From Macrostomum lignano (Eukaryota): a stretch of 64,000 nt of DNA. Of this stretch, positions 26,308-38,400 are shown piece after piece (positions within the stretch are counted from its first letter, which is position 1; each line of letters begins with the position of its first letter). The position numbers and the translations under genes are program-made. The DNA is taken from NCBI GenBank assembly GCA_002269645.1, contig NIVC01002029.1:147242-211241 (forward strand), in the 5' to 3' direction. Under the pieces are notes generated by a model. The model saw only the letters and a list, made by a program, of their open reading frames with translations, did no database searches and was not told where the DNA came from.

Positions 26308-26601
26308 AGCGATATTGGTGTCGGATTTATTTTGAATTTAATCAACGTTTCGCTGAAATTAGAAATATTGTTGAGAAATCGTAATAATCGTTACTAATGC
26401 TGTAAAATATTTAATTCGACTACTACTACTAGATAAAATAATAATTAAACAAAATAGACGCAAAAGTTCCCTTTTCCAACAATAAGCATACTACTAATAC
26501 CAAAGAACACCAAAAGAGCACCAAAGAACGCGACAGTAGGAAAATGCGATTAGGCACAGTTTTATTAATTCTATAACAACGGGAGTTCACTTGTTTTATT
26601 T

Positions 26602-27549
26602 TCACTTTCTCTTCTTTTTGGCCCCCTTTTTAGCCAGTTTGCGGGCCAGTTTCCCGCGCGGACCCTTGGCCCGCCTGCCGCCGCGGTCCTCGTCCAGGCC
26701 GGCTGGCAGCAGGCCGCCCAGAGATTCGAAATCGCTGCCTAACCGTTTAGCCCGCAATTCCAGCTGCCTCTGCCGTTTGGTGACGGACAATCGAGTCAAA
26801 TTCGCTTCCTCGTAGCGTCTGCGAGCTTCCGCTTCGCGCAGACGGCCGCTAGCGCCGGCGCCGCGCCGTTCCGACAATTCAACAGGCGCGTCGTCCATCT
26901 GCTGGCGAAGCTCCTCAAGCACATCCAGTTGAATAGCCCGACGCTTGGCTCGCCGATCGGCATCCGTGTTGGATGCGCGCCGATTCGAACCACTGGCCGC
27001 CGCCGCCGCCGCTCCCTCGTCGTAGAACATCGGCGTAACCTTCGGCGGCACGTACTTGCCAGCACCGGCTGCTGAGGGCTTGGAGGCTTCGGCCAGCTTC
27101 TTCTTCTTCAGCTGATTCTGCTTGGCTCTCCTTGCCGCCTCATCGCTGTCGTCCCCGCTGTCTCCAGCATCTTCTTCATCCGAGGACAGCCGGAAATTCT
27201 CCAGCCTGGCAGCCGTCGGCTCGGCCGCTTCATCAGCTCCGGCCAGCTGCGCCAGCCTGTCAATCTGGTGCCGGACGCGAGTCTCCACTGGCCGGGCGCA
27301 CTCCAGCAGGCACCGCAGCTGGCACAGCCGTTCGACTGTCCGCTGCGGCGGAGGCTGGCCGGCCAGCCGGTCGGCTATGAGCTGCATCAGGTTGGCGGTG
27401 TACAGCTCCATAGCCTGGCATTTCAGCGCCACCAGGCTGACGGCTTCCGTGGTTGGCTGGCTGGACCAGTCTCGGCCGGACACTAAGTCGGACAGTTCGG
27501 CCAATGCGCCGGACACCTGATTGTAGAGCGGAGCTAGTTCTGCGTCCAT
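26602..27549 (-). CDS. NGDN: Neuroguidin / Lcp5 (Sas10/Utp3/C1D family), single exon, about 315 aa
   Basis: LRCLLECARPVETRVRHQIDRL (Sas10/Utp3), KYVPPKV, RRRYEEANLTRL and a basic C-terminus match neuroguidin. Start taken at MDAE; the ORF is open from 27561. Confidence 0.85.
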   Translation of the reverse strand: MDAELAPLYNQVSGALAELSDLVSGRDWSSQPTTEAVSLVALKCQAMELYTANLMQLIADRLAGQPPPQRTVERLCQLRCLLECARPVETRVRHQIDRLAQLAGADEAAEPTAARLENFRLSSDEEDAGDSGDDSDEAARRAKQNQLKKKKLAEASKPSAAGAGKYVPPKVTPMFYDEGAAAAAASGSNRRASNTDADRRAKRRAIQLDVLEELRQQMDDAPVELSERRGAGASGRLREAEARRRYEEANLTRLSVTKRQRQLELRAKRLGSDFESLGGLLPAGLDEDRGGRRAKGPRGKLARKLAKKGAKKKRK

Positions 27550-27639
27550 GCAAAAAAACACATGATGGGCTTTTGTTAACTACTTACATAAGTAGTACTA
27601 ATATCCTGCACTGTATTCTAAATCCCCCAAATCCCACAG

Positions 27640-27802
27640 CCTAAACTAATCCCTAAAAATATCCCACACCCTAGACTAAATCCCTAAAAATCTTACACCC
27701 TAGACTAAATCCCTAAAAATCTTACACCCTAGACTAAATCCCTAGAAAATCTTACATCCTGGACTAAATCCCTAAAAAATGCCACACCATAGACTAAATC
27801 CT
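27640..27802. repeat. ~29-bp tandem repeat, about 5 copies
   Basis: CTAGACTAAATCCCTAAAAATCTTACACC repeated. Confidence 0.85.
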
Positions 27803-28432
27803 CTAATTTTGTAACAAGACACGAGTGACAATCTCTGTCGCAGTCACGGTGCACTAAAAGTATGCACATGAGTAAGTGTAAGCGGCATTACAACTTGGAC
27901 AATATTTATATATATAGAGTATATTTAATTTTATTCAAATTCTGTCCATATTTTTAAACACAGAGCCACTACTTAGCATACAGGTGGGCTGGGCGGTACG
28001 GGATCTGCCATAGAGGTGCAATAAAGTTCCTACAGTATAGTTACACATCATACTCATTAAAAGCTAATTATAGACAAAAACTGATAACTGGGAAGCTAAA
28101 GAATGGAAATGGGAGGGCAGGAGGGGAGACGCAAAAATGACACACTAAGGCTACTACTGAGAGACCCAAAGTAAGTAGTACTTATAAAAACAGAAACTAA
28201 TAGAGATATATCTATGACAAAAATTCAATAAGAATCCGATCTGGTCTGACCCATTTATTTTGCTTTACGAGTCCATAAATTTAGACTATAAAAAACTTAT
28301 GTGTGCTCTACTATGAGTAGCAAACTCAGCAATACACGCTATATTTATCCAGACCAGAGTAATTCACACTGACAGCTTGAGTTTACCCAATTAATATAAT
28401 TAGTTTATATCAACAATCTGTCAGTAAATCTT

Positions 28433-31108
28433 TCAACGGTCAACTTCGCCGAACACAACGTCCAGTGTGCCGATGATAGCCACAATATCGGCCAGCATGT
28501 GACCCTTGCCCAGCTTGTGCAGTCCGGCCAGGTGGGAGAACCCGGGCGCTTTGATTTTGCACCTGTACGGCTTGTTGCCGCCGTCGGAGACCAGGTAGAC
28601 ACCGAATTCGCCTTTTGGCGCCTCGATTGCCGTATAGGTGGCGCCGGGTGGCACCTGTGGATTTGGGATAACGCGTCCAAATTTCAGTATTTGGATCAGA
28701 GTAGAGTGAGATCAGAATTGAGTGGGATCAGCATTGAGTGGGAGCAGAGTGGAATGGGATCAGAATCGAGTGGGATCAGCATTGAGTGGGAGCAGAGTGG
28801 AATGGGATCAGAATCGAGTGGGATCAGCATTGAGTGGGATCAGTATAGAGTGGGACCAGAGTAGAATGGGATCAGTATAGAGTGGGATCAGAGTAGAATG
28901 GGATCAGAGTAGAATGGGATCAGCATTAAGTGGGATCAGAGTAGAATGGGATCAGTATAGAGTGGGATCAAAGTAAATGGGATCAGTATAGAATGGGACC
29001 AGAGTATAATGGGATCAGCATTGAGTGGGATCAAAGTAGAATGGGATCAGCATTAAGTGGGATCAGAGTAGAATGGGATCAGTATAGAGTTGGATCAAAG
29101 TAGAATGGGATCAGTATAGAGTGGGATCAAAGTAGAATGGGATCAGCATTGAGTGGGATCAAAGTAGAATGGGATCAGCATTAAGTGGGATCAGAGTAGA
29201 ATGGGATCAGTATAGAGTGGGACCAGAGTAGAATGGGATCAGCATTGAGTGGGATCAGAGTAGAATGGGATCAGTATAGAGTGGGATCAGAGTAGAATGG
29301 GATCAGCATTAAGTGGGATCAGAGTAGAATGGGATCAGTATAGAGTGGGATCAGAGTAGAATGGGATCAGCATTGAGTGGGATCAAAGTAGAATGGGATC
29401 AGTATTGACTAGGATCAGAGTAGAATGGGACCAGAACCCATTAGTTGCTCACACAATTTAATCAGTCTTACCTGATAGCCCTCGGTAAAGAGTTTAAAAT
29501 GGTGAATAAGCGCCTCCATGGACTCCTTCATCTCGGCACGCCTAGGCGGCACAATTTTTCGATCGTCGACTTTCACCTCGCCAGGCGGCAGCTTGTTGAG
29601 GCACTGTTCGATGATTTTCTGGGACTGGCGCATCTCTTCCATGCGGCACAGGTAGCGGTCGTAGCAGTCACCGTTGCGACCAATGGGAACGTCGAATTCA
29701 ACCTGCGGCAGTGGGCAACGGACGAATTAGATAAAAAATAGATTAGAAGTTAGACTATTAAAATCGCGTAGTGTCAGACTACATGGACTCTAACGGTGTC
29801 ACACTAGTGTTGTCAGACTCTAGTGTTGTCAGATTAGTGGGTGTCAGACTCTAGTGGTGTCAGACTCTAGTAGTTTCAGACACTAGTGGTGTCAAACCGG
29901 TGTCAGACTCTAGTGGTGTCAGACTCTAGTGGTGTCAGACTCTAGTAGTTTCAGACACTAGTGGAGTCAAACCGGTGTCAGACTCTAGTGGTGTCAGTTG
30001 AACTAATGAAGGTAAATAGAAGGGGGTCAAAGTCTGGAGGTTGTGACGGGTTCAAAAATCGATCGGGGTCAGCTGAGTCCATGGGGTGGGGAATCCAGTG
30101 GACTCAAAGTCAAAACGTGTACAGGATTGGACCCGCCAAGCAGCCAATTTATGCGCTCACCTGATCGTAGGCATCGTATGGCTGGGATTTGCGCAAGTCC
30201 CAGCAGATGCCGGAGCCGCGAAGCATCACCCCAGAGAAGCCATAGTTGAGCGCATCCTCCGCGCTGATCACACCGATATCCTTGGTTCGCATCACCCAGA
30301 TGCGATTCTCAGTTAGCAGATCATCCACCTCGTCGATTCGCTGTACAAACTTCTTATTCCAATCGTAGATATCCTCGAGCAGGCCGACTGGCAGGTCCCG
30401 GTCCACGCCGCCGGGCCTGACGTAGGCGGCGTGCATTCTGGCGCCGCTGACTCGCTCGTAGAACTCCATCATCTTTTCGCGCTCCTCGAACATCCAGAAG
30501 AATGGCGTCATGGCGCCAACGTCGAGCGCGTGAGTGCCGATGCCCATGAGGTGGTTCATGATTCTGGTCAGCTCGCCGAACAGCACCCGGATCCACTTGG
30601 CCCGGGGCGGCACATCAATATTGAGCAGTCGCTCAACAGCCAACGAGAAGCACTGCTCGTTGCACATCATTGACACATAGTCTAATCTATCGAAATAAGG
30701 CAGCGCCTGAGTGTAAGTCTTGTACTCGATCAGCTTCTCAGTGGCCCGGTGCAGCAGGCCGATGTGCGGATCGGCTCGCACGACAGTCTCACCGTCCAGG
30801 GTGAGCACCAGCCTGAGCACACCATGAGCAGCCGGGTGTTGCGGACCAAAATTTATCGTCATATTTAGCACCTGCTTGTCCCGATCCTCCATAGCGCCAG
30901 TCTGCGGCAGGAACGGCTCCCATTTGCTGGCCCATTTCTGGTCAGGATGAGTGGCTAGCATGACTTGCTTGTCGATGGTTCGCCTGTCGGCAACGTACTG
31001 CTCAGCATAGCCGCGCCGGCACTGCTGCTGAGCTGGCAGCGGCTGGCGCAGCAGAGCCAGCTGGGTGAGCCTGCTGCTGGCCTGGCGTAGCAGGGCGGTG
31101 GCCGACAT
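28433..31108 (-). CDS. NDUFS2: NADH dehydrogenase [ubiquinone] Fe-S protein 2 (complex I 49-kDa subunit), 3 exons, about 466 aa
   Basis: Exons 31108-30161, 29702-29472, 28654-28433 (phase 0, GT-AG, 1401 nt). [38 protein letters not shown] and VFGEVDR motifs; Arg/Ala/Leu-rich mitochondrial transit-like N-terminus. Confidence 0.97.
28690..29435. repeat. 16-bp minisatellite (alternating AGAGTAGAATGGGATC / AGYATWGAGTGGGATC) in NDUFS2 intron 2
   Basis: Visible GGGATCAG every 16 bp. Confidence 0.93.
29770..29995. repeat. 16-bp minisatellite (GTGTCAGACTCTAGTG)n in NDUFS2 intron 1
   Basis: Visible unit, about 14 degenerate copies. Confidence 0.88.
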
Positions 31109-31249
31109 TGGTTTTTTAAAATAAATATTAACTGTGTATATTCAGTGTATTAGCAGTATAGTTCAGCTGAGTCTGTTGTAAGTCGGCTGAAGTAGTAAGT
31201 GCATTAATATTTAAATATTATTAATTATTATTGTTGATTACATGTCATA

Positions 31250-31526
31250 ATTAAACCAGATGTGCAGCCGACAGCTTGGCCGCAGCTTTTGTATGGCGCA
31301 TCTGAAGGCTGCATACGGCTGTTCAGTCCAAGGACTGGGGGGGTCGCCCCACACATCCTCAATTACCCCAGCTAATGCTGGCACCCATTTTACAGCTGGG
31401 TGAACTGAAGCAATGCAGAGTTAAGTGTCTTGCTCAAGGACACAAATTGTTCCAGTGGGATTGGGAATCGAACCCCTGACCTTTAAGTTATGAGTCTAAT
31501 GCTCTAACCATTAGACTACAACAACC
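31250..31526 (-). mobile_element. tRNA-derived SINE with a CORE-like central domain, decayed
   Basis: Minus strand: tRNA-like head with A box (TGGTTAGAGC) and B box (GGTTCGATTCC), then TGTGTCCTTGAGCAAGACACTTAACTCTGCATTGCTTCAGTTCACCCAGCTGTAAAATGGG, resembling the MIR CORE (recalled, not searched). Confidence 0.75.
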
Positions 31527-34337
31527 TATATATTTAAAAATATAAATAAAATTTTAAAGTATTTTAAATTCATTGGGATGATAACTAGCATTAGACACAA
31601 TATTCAAAAAAGTAATGCCAATACCTGAAAGTCTGGTACTTTATGGCATTACTTGGTTTTTTAAAAAAGCAAGGTTTTAAGGCAAAGAAAGCAAGCTTAG
31701 CATTGTTTTAAATGAAGAAACTTTGGTAAAACAAATAAAATAAAATTACCAAATTAAAAAGAAACAATTGCCACTTTATTCAATCAATTAGCTACTTTAG
31801 ACAGTCTTATTTATATATATTAGTACTATTATCATTTGAGTATAGTGTTGCAGCCTGCTAATCTGCAATTGCTGCACCTGCATGCTTAATCCTTTAGTTT
31901 GATAAGGGGTTGGGTGCACTTAGTCATCTAAGCAGACTGACTGCTCTAAGCAAAGCTAGACTTAAAAGCCTTACCTTTGATTAGGCAATATCTTGCCCTA
32001 CTGCTCTCTATATGTAAACCTAAATAAATTACATCACTTTTCTTCATTTTACTCAACTTGGCCTTGCTCTGAGCACCTAAATAGTGGATTTATTTATTTA
32101 TTTCTGATTGTTTACTTGTTTACTAAATTACCTGTGCTACTACTAGTGTATTACTAGTATATTTACGATTATAAAAATTATAGAATCAATTGACAATCAA
32201 CATATAATCAATTGATAGTAAATCTATTGCAGAGCTTGCAGCATAATAATTGATAAATAAATAATATCCTTTTAATGATGATTAATAACTACCAACTAAT
32301 TATAAAGCATATATAGCCAAGGATATTTCTTTAAAATTATAAAAACTTTTCAAGAAAGAAAACATTTGTAACTTTTTACTAGATTAGCTAGATTAGACCT
32401 AATTATTTTACCTTTATTGACCTAAATATATAGTATTTATTATTTTTTAAAGTATTTAACTATTTCATTTATTTTAAAGAAATTTTATATATTTTTTAAT
32501 TTTCAAATTTTAAATAGCATTGATTGGGAAAATTTAAAAATTATACGAAGTTATAGGCTTAGAAATCCAATGCTAATAAAAATATTGGCTTCCAATACTC
32601 CAATACCTAAAAGGTATTGCCAATAGTATTAGAATATCACATAATCAAAATTGTGCCTAACACTGATGATAATAAATTTTATTAGGCATATCTTTTCTAT
32701 AATTGGCTTATTAAGAAAACTAACAATTTAAATATGCTAAATTTTGCTTACTATAAGTGGAAAAAAATAAAGCAATTGGTTATAATGAAAATACAAAAAA
32801 TGTATTTTGTATAGTCTTACCATGTATTTTTTTAATTCTAAGACTGACTTTAAAAGTATTATTGTAAAGGTTTCGACTATTTTGGCTATAGGCCCATTAT
32901 ATTTATTCTTATTTTTATTAGTAAATAAGGATAGAAAAGGCCTAAAAGTATTGAAAATACTAGTGAAAAAAGTTTTTGGGAACAGATAATCAATATCTAA
33001 ATAGACAAAATATTATAAAAATGTTGGAAATTTTAGATATGAAAAGTTTTATGTTTAAACTGGCAAAATGTTCATAGGACATTTAGGTGAATACTACACT
33101 CCAGATCATATAGTATACACCCAAAAATTGGGCATGCATTGGCCTTGTATGACAAAAGTTAGGCATATATAGTTGGCATGCATGACTTCTAAAATAGTGT
33201 GCCTGGACACCTGGCATGCACAATATAGAATTGTATAAATTTCAAGTTTTCTAGCTTTTAGGCTCATTAATTAGATATTTAAATAAATGTTTGTGAGTAT
33301 TTATTTTTTACTAGAAAAAGTAAAGGTAAGAAAAATAAATAAATATTATTTTTATATTTAAAATTATTTATTTTATTTTAAATTTAGAATTTTAAATTAT
33401 ATTAAAATTATAGCATACAAAGAGACCTAGAATATACCATTGGCATACAACTTAATGAATCCAGGACTATTTGTCTACATTGGGCAAATGGCCAATGGAC
33501 TATGTCTGCCGGTGCTAAATAATGGATGTGGTACATAGGTTTTTGGACACTTTGGCAACAGATGTTTTAGCAACATCATAAAACATCTAAATAATACGTA
33601 CAATAGAGTTCCTAATTTTGATATATTGTGTCACTAAAATACATTGCAAAAAATTGCCATAAAATGTGCACTATTATAATCCAGACTAAGGCAGTAGTCT
33701 TATCTACTTCTTATCTACTATTCTCTTATCTACTTTTTCTCCACAGTAAAACCATGCCGCAGTAAAAAATGGAAGCCATTGTATTGGACATAATCTACAC
33801 AAATGAAATTACCTTGCTATTGAAAATCCCTATAAACTAAATCTCTAAGGTTTGTATATTTGACTTTTTATAAAGTCAATCTGATTCTAAGAAAGTATAT
33901 ACTTTTAACAAAGCCAACTTTTTTCGTTTTTAAAAATTCTAGAATATAATTATTTATATTAAGTTTGTTATTTTGCTTGAAAAATGCATTCAAAAATGAA
34001 AAAATGTGTATAACTTCGGCTTACATGTTGAAAACATTTTTTGCCTTGGTGTACAAATGTTTTCTTATACTTTTTCTCCCACTAGACCAGGCGTACATTA
34101 AAATGCAATCCAAACTATGGCCTTTTGCTCTTGGTAGGCAGTAGGCTTATGGGGCATAAATTTACTTTTGTTCGTGAATTTTTTTCTTTTAAAATGGTGC
34201 CAATGACATGGAATGACAAATGGGAGTTGTCTATAGCCCATATTAGCTGCATAGAGTTGTTTGGGGCACAAAAATTTGGCAGAGTTTTATTGAGCCCTCA
34301 CTATAGTTTGGACTTTAGAGACTCTTCTGATTTGCAA

Positions 34338-35681
34338 ATGGCTGGACTGCCCCTAAGACCATCATGGATTGGGCCACTGAATGAAGTTCTGCCAGCACAG
34401 GCACTAACGGAACTAAATATGAATTCAAGGGATCTGATGGAAGTGACAGCAAGTACTGACGAGACTATGTGGTGGCTCACTTGTCATGGACTATTAGCCA
34501 ACCAATGGACCTGCCCATGTGCCGCGCATACACCGATGAATCTGCAGCACAATGGAAAGCAATTCATTAATGGCTATGCCTAGGACTGTAAAACCTGTTG
34601 AAACCAAGAGAGCATATGCAAGGGCTCCTTTTTGGAGGCTAGCCATCTGGACTTGCAATAGCTGATCACCCTATTGCAATGCTGGGCCAAAAACGAGTCC
34701 ATGTCAACCATCATGCACAAGTGTTGCATCAGTAGCCGCACTGCCATCAACTGGCTCAACTTCATTCGTGACGTCTATTGCCAATACTTTGTGAATCACA
34801 TGATGCAGCTGGGTGGCCCTGGTCACATGGTCGAGATTGACAAAAGTTGGTTCTTCTACCGCAAGTATTACCAGGGAACCTATCATGACAGTCACTGGGT
34901 GCTTAGAATGATGGAACAAGGCTCGCCCAAGTGTGTCATGGTCATTGTACTAGACAGGTCTGCTGCTGTACTGCTGCCCATCATCTAGCAGTATATCCTA
35001 CCTGGCATGCGGATCCTGACAGATGGCTAGCAAGCATATAATCAAGTGGCAAATGCTGTCAGTGGTCTTGGTAATCATGGTGTCATTAATTATAGGCTCC
35101 ACTTTGTGGACTCCAATGACCCCACACTGCACACAAACACAATTGAAGGGACATGGGGCAATTGCAAAGCAAAATTCTGGGCCATGCATGGCACTAGCAA
35201 TGCCCTCTTTGCAGGGTTTTTTGTGCGCAGAGTGTGCATATGCACCCTAAATTTTAAAATTGCACCCTGAAATTAAAAAAGTAGGTGTAGTTTAGGTGCG
35301 GTCTTATAACCATTTTTTAAAGGCTTAACCATGCTTAAGTTATTTTTCATGCACTGCTTTAAAATATGAAACAAAATAACTCTTTAAATCCTATTAAGTC
35401 ATATATATAGGCAATATAGCCTATGGCTATAGCCTTATGTAAGATATTAAAATATATATTCCCAGTTGTCTGAAACAAGACTCAAGAGAAATTGCACTCT
35501 GAGCCTTAAAATCGCACCTTGAAATTTGGCACAAGGTGCGATTTTGCACCTTGTCTCTGGCAAAAAACCTAGCCTCTTTGAATCGCACATCCAAGAGTAT
35601 CTATGGCGACGCTTTTACCCAGGGCCTACTAAGGCTTTTGGCAGCATTCTGTACTGGATTTGTAATTATTACCCAGTTTAG
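34338..35681 (+). pseudogene. ISXO2-like/Merlin DDE transposase pseudogene (324 codons after removing the nested MITE)
   Basis: 34338-35211 joined to 35581-35681 is one frame (975 nt). Cys ribbon (TCPC...CKTC), GGPGHMVEID, ILTDG, HTNTIEG, EYLWRR and YPV* C-terminus. Five in-frame stops (4 TAG, 1 TGA), no frameshift. Confidence 0.9.
35212..35572. mobile_element. hAT-like MITE (361 bp) nested in the Merlin transposase
   Basis: Exact 8-bp TSD CCTCTTTG (35204-35211 and 35573-35580). Ends CAGGGTTTTTTG.../...CAAAAAACCTAG form an imperfect TIR. Excision restores NALF|ESHIQEY in frame. Confidence 0.82.
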
Positions 35682-35950
35682 GAATCTGAGACAGTCAGGA
35701 CTACATTGAACTAAACTGAGTAATGCTCAGTGCCATTTAAAAATGTTTCCCACCAGTTGTTACCAGTTGATGTTATGAGCTAAATAAAACTTAGCTGAAT
35801 TTTTGTGCCCCAAACATCTCTATACAGCTAGTACAGGCCATAGACAACTCCCATTTATCATTCTGTGTCATTGGCACCATTTTAAAAGAAAAAATTTTGC
35901 GAACAAAAGTAAATTTATGCCACTAATTGGCTAATTGGCTATAGACTTTA

Positions 35951-36343
35951 CGAAGAGCTTGCGTGCATGGCCGCCGTTCACGTAAGCTCAGAATTGCGTG
36001 CACGGCAGAGCTATATCTTATAGGCTTATACAGTAAGTCATATACTATTTGAATTAATATTCAAGTTAACAAAAAAACAATGAATTAAGATTAAATTTGC
36101 AGTCCATGGTGTACGGGGGATAAAACATTATAAAACAATATAGTAAAAATATTTTTTAATTAGGTTTGCAATGCCAATGCGTGGATTTAAGGGCCCCAGT
36201 CCCGGCCAATTGCCGGCTGCCGTGCACGCAATTACAACACTAGGTGTACGGCTGCATACATGCAAATAAAGCACTAGGTAGATAGCCGCCGTGCACGCAA
36301 TTCTGAGCTTACGTGAATGGCTGCCGTGCACGCAAGCTCTTCG
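35951..36343. mobile_element. MITE (393 bp) with ~70-bp TIRs and 9-bp TSD
   Basis: CGAAGAGCTTGCGTGCA...TCACGTAAGCTCAGAATTGCGTGCACGGC is inverted at both ends; flanked by direct TAGACTTTA (35942-35950 and 36344-36352). Confidence 0.88.
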
Positions 36344-38400
36344 TAGACTTTATAACTTTGTAGTATACAGAGATTGCCAAGATAGCAGGTAAGACTGAGA
36401 CCAAGTTGTAAGTAGTTGTAAGTCCAAAACAATTTATACAGTGTATAAAAATGCCCTTTAGTAGTTTAATTTTAGTTTAGCATAGGGTATAGGCCTAGGC
36501 CTAGTCCTAGTCGCTACCAACATAGCTAAATTTTGATCAAAAAGGAATATCTCCTTTAAAATAATAATAAGGCTCACCTAGGACTAGGTTCAAAAAGTCA
36601 GGACAGGGCAGGCATGACCAGCCAACATGAGGCGTGACCGGCGAACACATTTTGGTTGAAAATAACTGATAGCTAGGCCTAGCATTCGACCCGGAATTCG
36701 CGCGAAAGACGGAGCTAAGGCCTAAGCGACAGACGGAGAAGACATCATAAAACTGAAATAAAAAATTATACAACAGACAGAAGTACTATAAAACGACGAG
36801 TGTGTTTGAGACGAGTAGACGACTGGGTCTGAGACTTAGGCTAGTCAGTCTTAAGGCTGGGCATGAATGGCCTGCGCATTCGGCATTCAGCGCCGCCGGC
36901 GCGCGAATAATAATTGATTTTTGGGATTTGGCGTGTTTGTAAATGTGCATGTCTCAGAATTTGTCAGTTAAACAAAAAGTCAATGACTCTAAATTTGTTT
37001 TAAAAAAGGAAATAATGGTATCGAAAATTATGAGAAAAAATTTCAATACAAAGTTACATTAGGCACTTGATATTAGGATGTCTTAATAAACTTATTTGTA
37101 TTTGGTTATTTTTAATCGTATTGCGCTACATCTGACTAATGCTTACGTTGTTGCGCCTTAAAAACAGGATGCAGCCATAGGTAATTCTCTGTCTGAGTTC
37201 AAGGTACCCGCGAGCATGAATAGCGAAATTTCAGATTTCATTATATTTTAATAAGGTGAGCTACGGAATCACGGCAGATTTAATCGCAAAATCTTAGAAT
37301 AAACATGACATGTACTCGTAAATTCGTTTTTTGGTGATAAATGCACAATTTGAACACTTAGTTTTTCTAATGGTTCTTGATAAAACATATTATTAAAATT
37401 AGACAAGATTTATTTTTTTTTCAAGTCGACGAAAAAGTCGCTGCTGACAATAAATACTATCTAGTAGAAATGATCGCCTAATTCTACTCTCGTGATCGAT
37501 CGAAGATACTATACATCTAGAAATTAGAGTGTTCAGAAATACACTCAGAGATACACGTAGCAATACCGATTTCTTCCGTGTATATGCTACGCGCATGTCT
37601 TGAATCCAAGGACTACTACTAGACTTGAAGGGCGCAAACACTTGCAAATCGCGTGCAAAAATAGCTGAAGGCCGATTATTAATGTCTGTTTCTCTAAATC
37701 GATTGCACGTAGGTTATTTTTTCGCTAGATTGTTCAGCTTTTTGTCGCCTACCATGCACGAAGTCAGGCAGTTTAGTTTTTCCACTAGATGTAGATGCAA
37801 GAAAATCCTGTACAATGTAGACATCCTATTTTTGGGCATATGGTAGCTTTATTCAAATCTTCGAGTTTAGGAAGCAAAATTATAACGAGAGTGTAACGTC
37901 CTTTATACATGTACATGTATAACGAAGTGTTCCTAGTGGTACTTGTTTGACTCTAGGATGCTTAATTAGGTACTTCATTGTACCTAAGGTGCAAAATTGT
38001 TGCATGTAAATTATAAGTGCACGATAGTGACGACTGGTGAACAACTTTAAGTCACTTTTGCATTCGAATTTTTGTCAGCAAAGCTGCAGATCGAGTCAGC
38101 CACGGCAGATGGCCTATAAAGCATTCGAACGTTTGCAATGTTAACACATTGCTGCTGTGCAAAGAACCGTGAGAAAAAACCACTGTAAATATGCTTGGAT
38201 ACTGCTTGGAGGAATGTATGAAAAATGAAAAATAAAATAAAATAGAGTGTCATGCTTCTGTATTATATATCTGATCTGATTGAATTATTACTAAATTAAA
38301 GGCCATTAAAGTCAACAAAATAAAGATCAAACAATACACAAACGATCATATGCAAATACACCGTGAATAAACTACGTAGATAATAATAGATAATTGCATT

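Larger units (their letters stand above)
34153..35921 (+). mobile_element. Merlin-superfamily (IS1595/ISXO2-like) DNA transposon, full length, inactivated
   Basis: 139-bp terminal inverted repeats (34153-34291 and 35783-35921) starting GGCATAAATTT, 16 mismatches and no indels, enclosing a DDE transposase pseudogene. No clear target-site duplication. Confidence 0.88.

Noticed and set aside
27541-27610. Possible extra NGDN micro-exon (TGCAG|18 nt|GTAAGT) spliced to GCAG|AACTAG
   Set aside because: The required phase gives an in-frame TAG, and splicing would delete the ATG; at most a UTR feature.
28433-31108. Bacterial nuoD or endosymbiont insert
   Set aside because: Spliceosomal introns and a mitochondrial transit-like peptide show it is nuclear NDUFS2.
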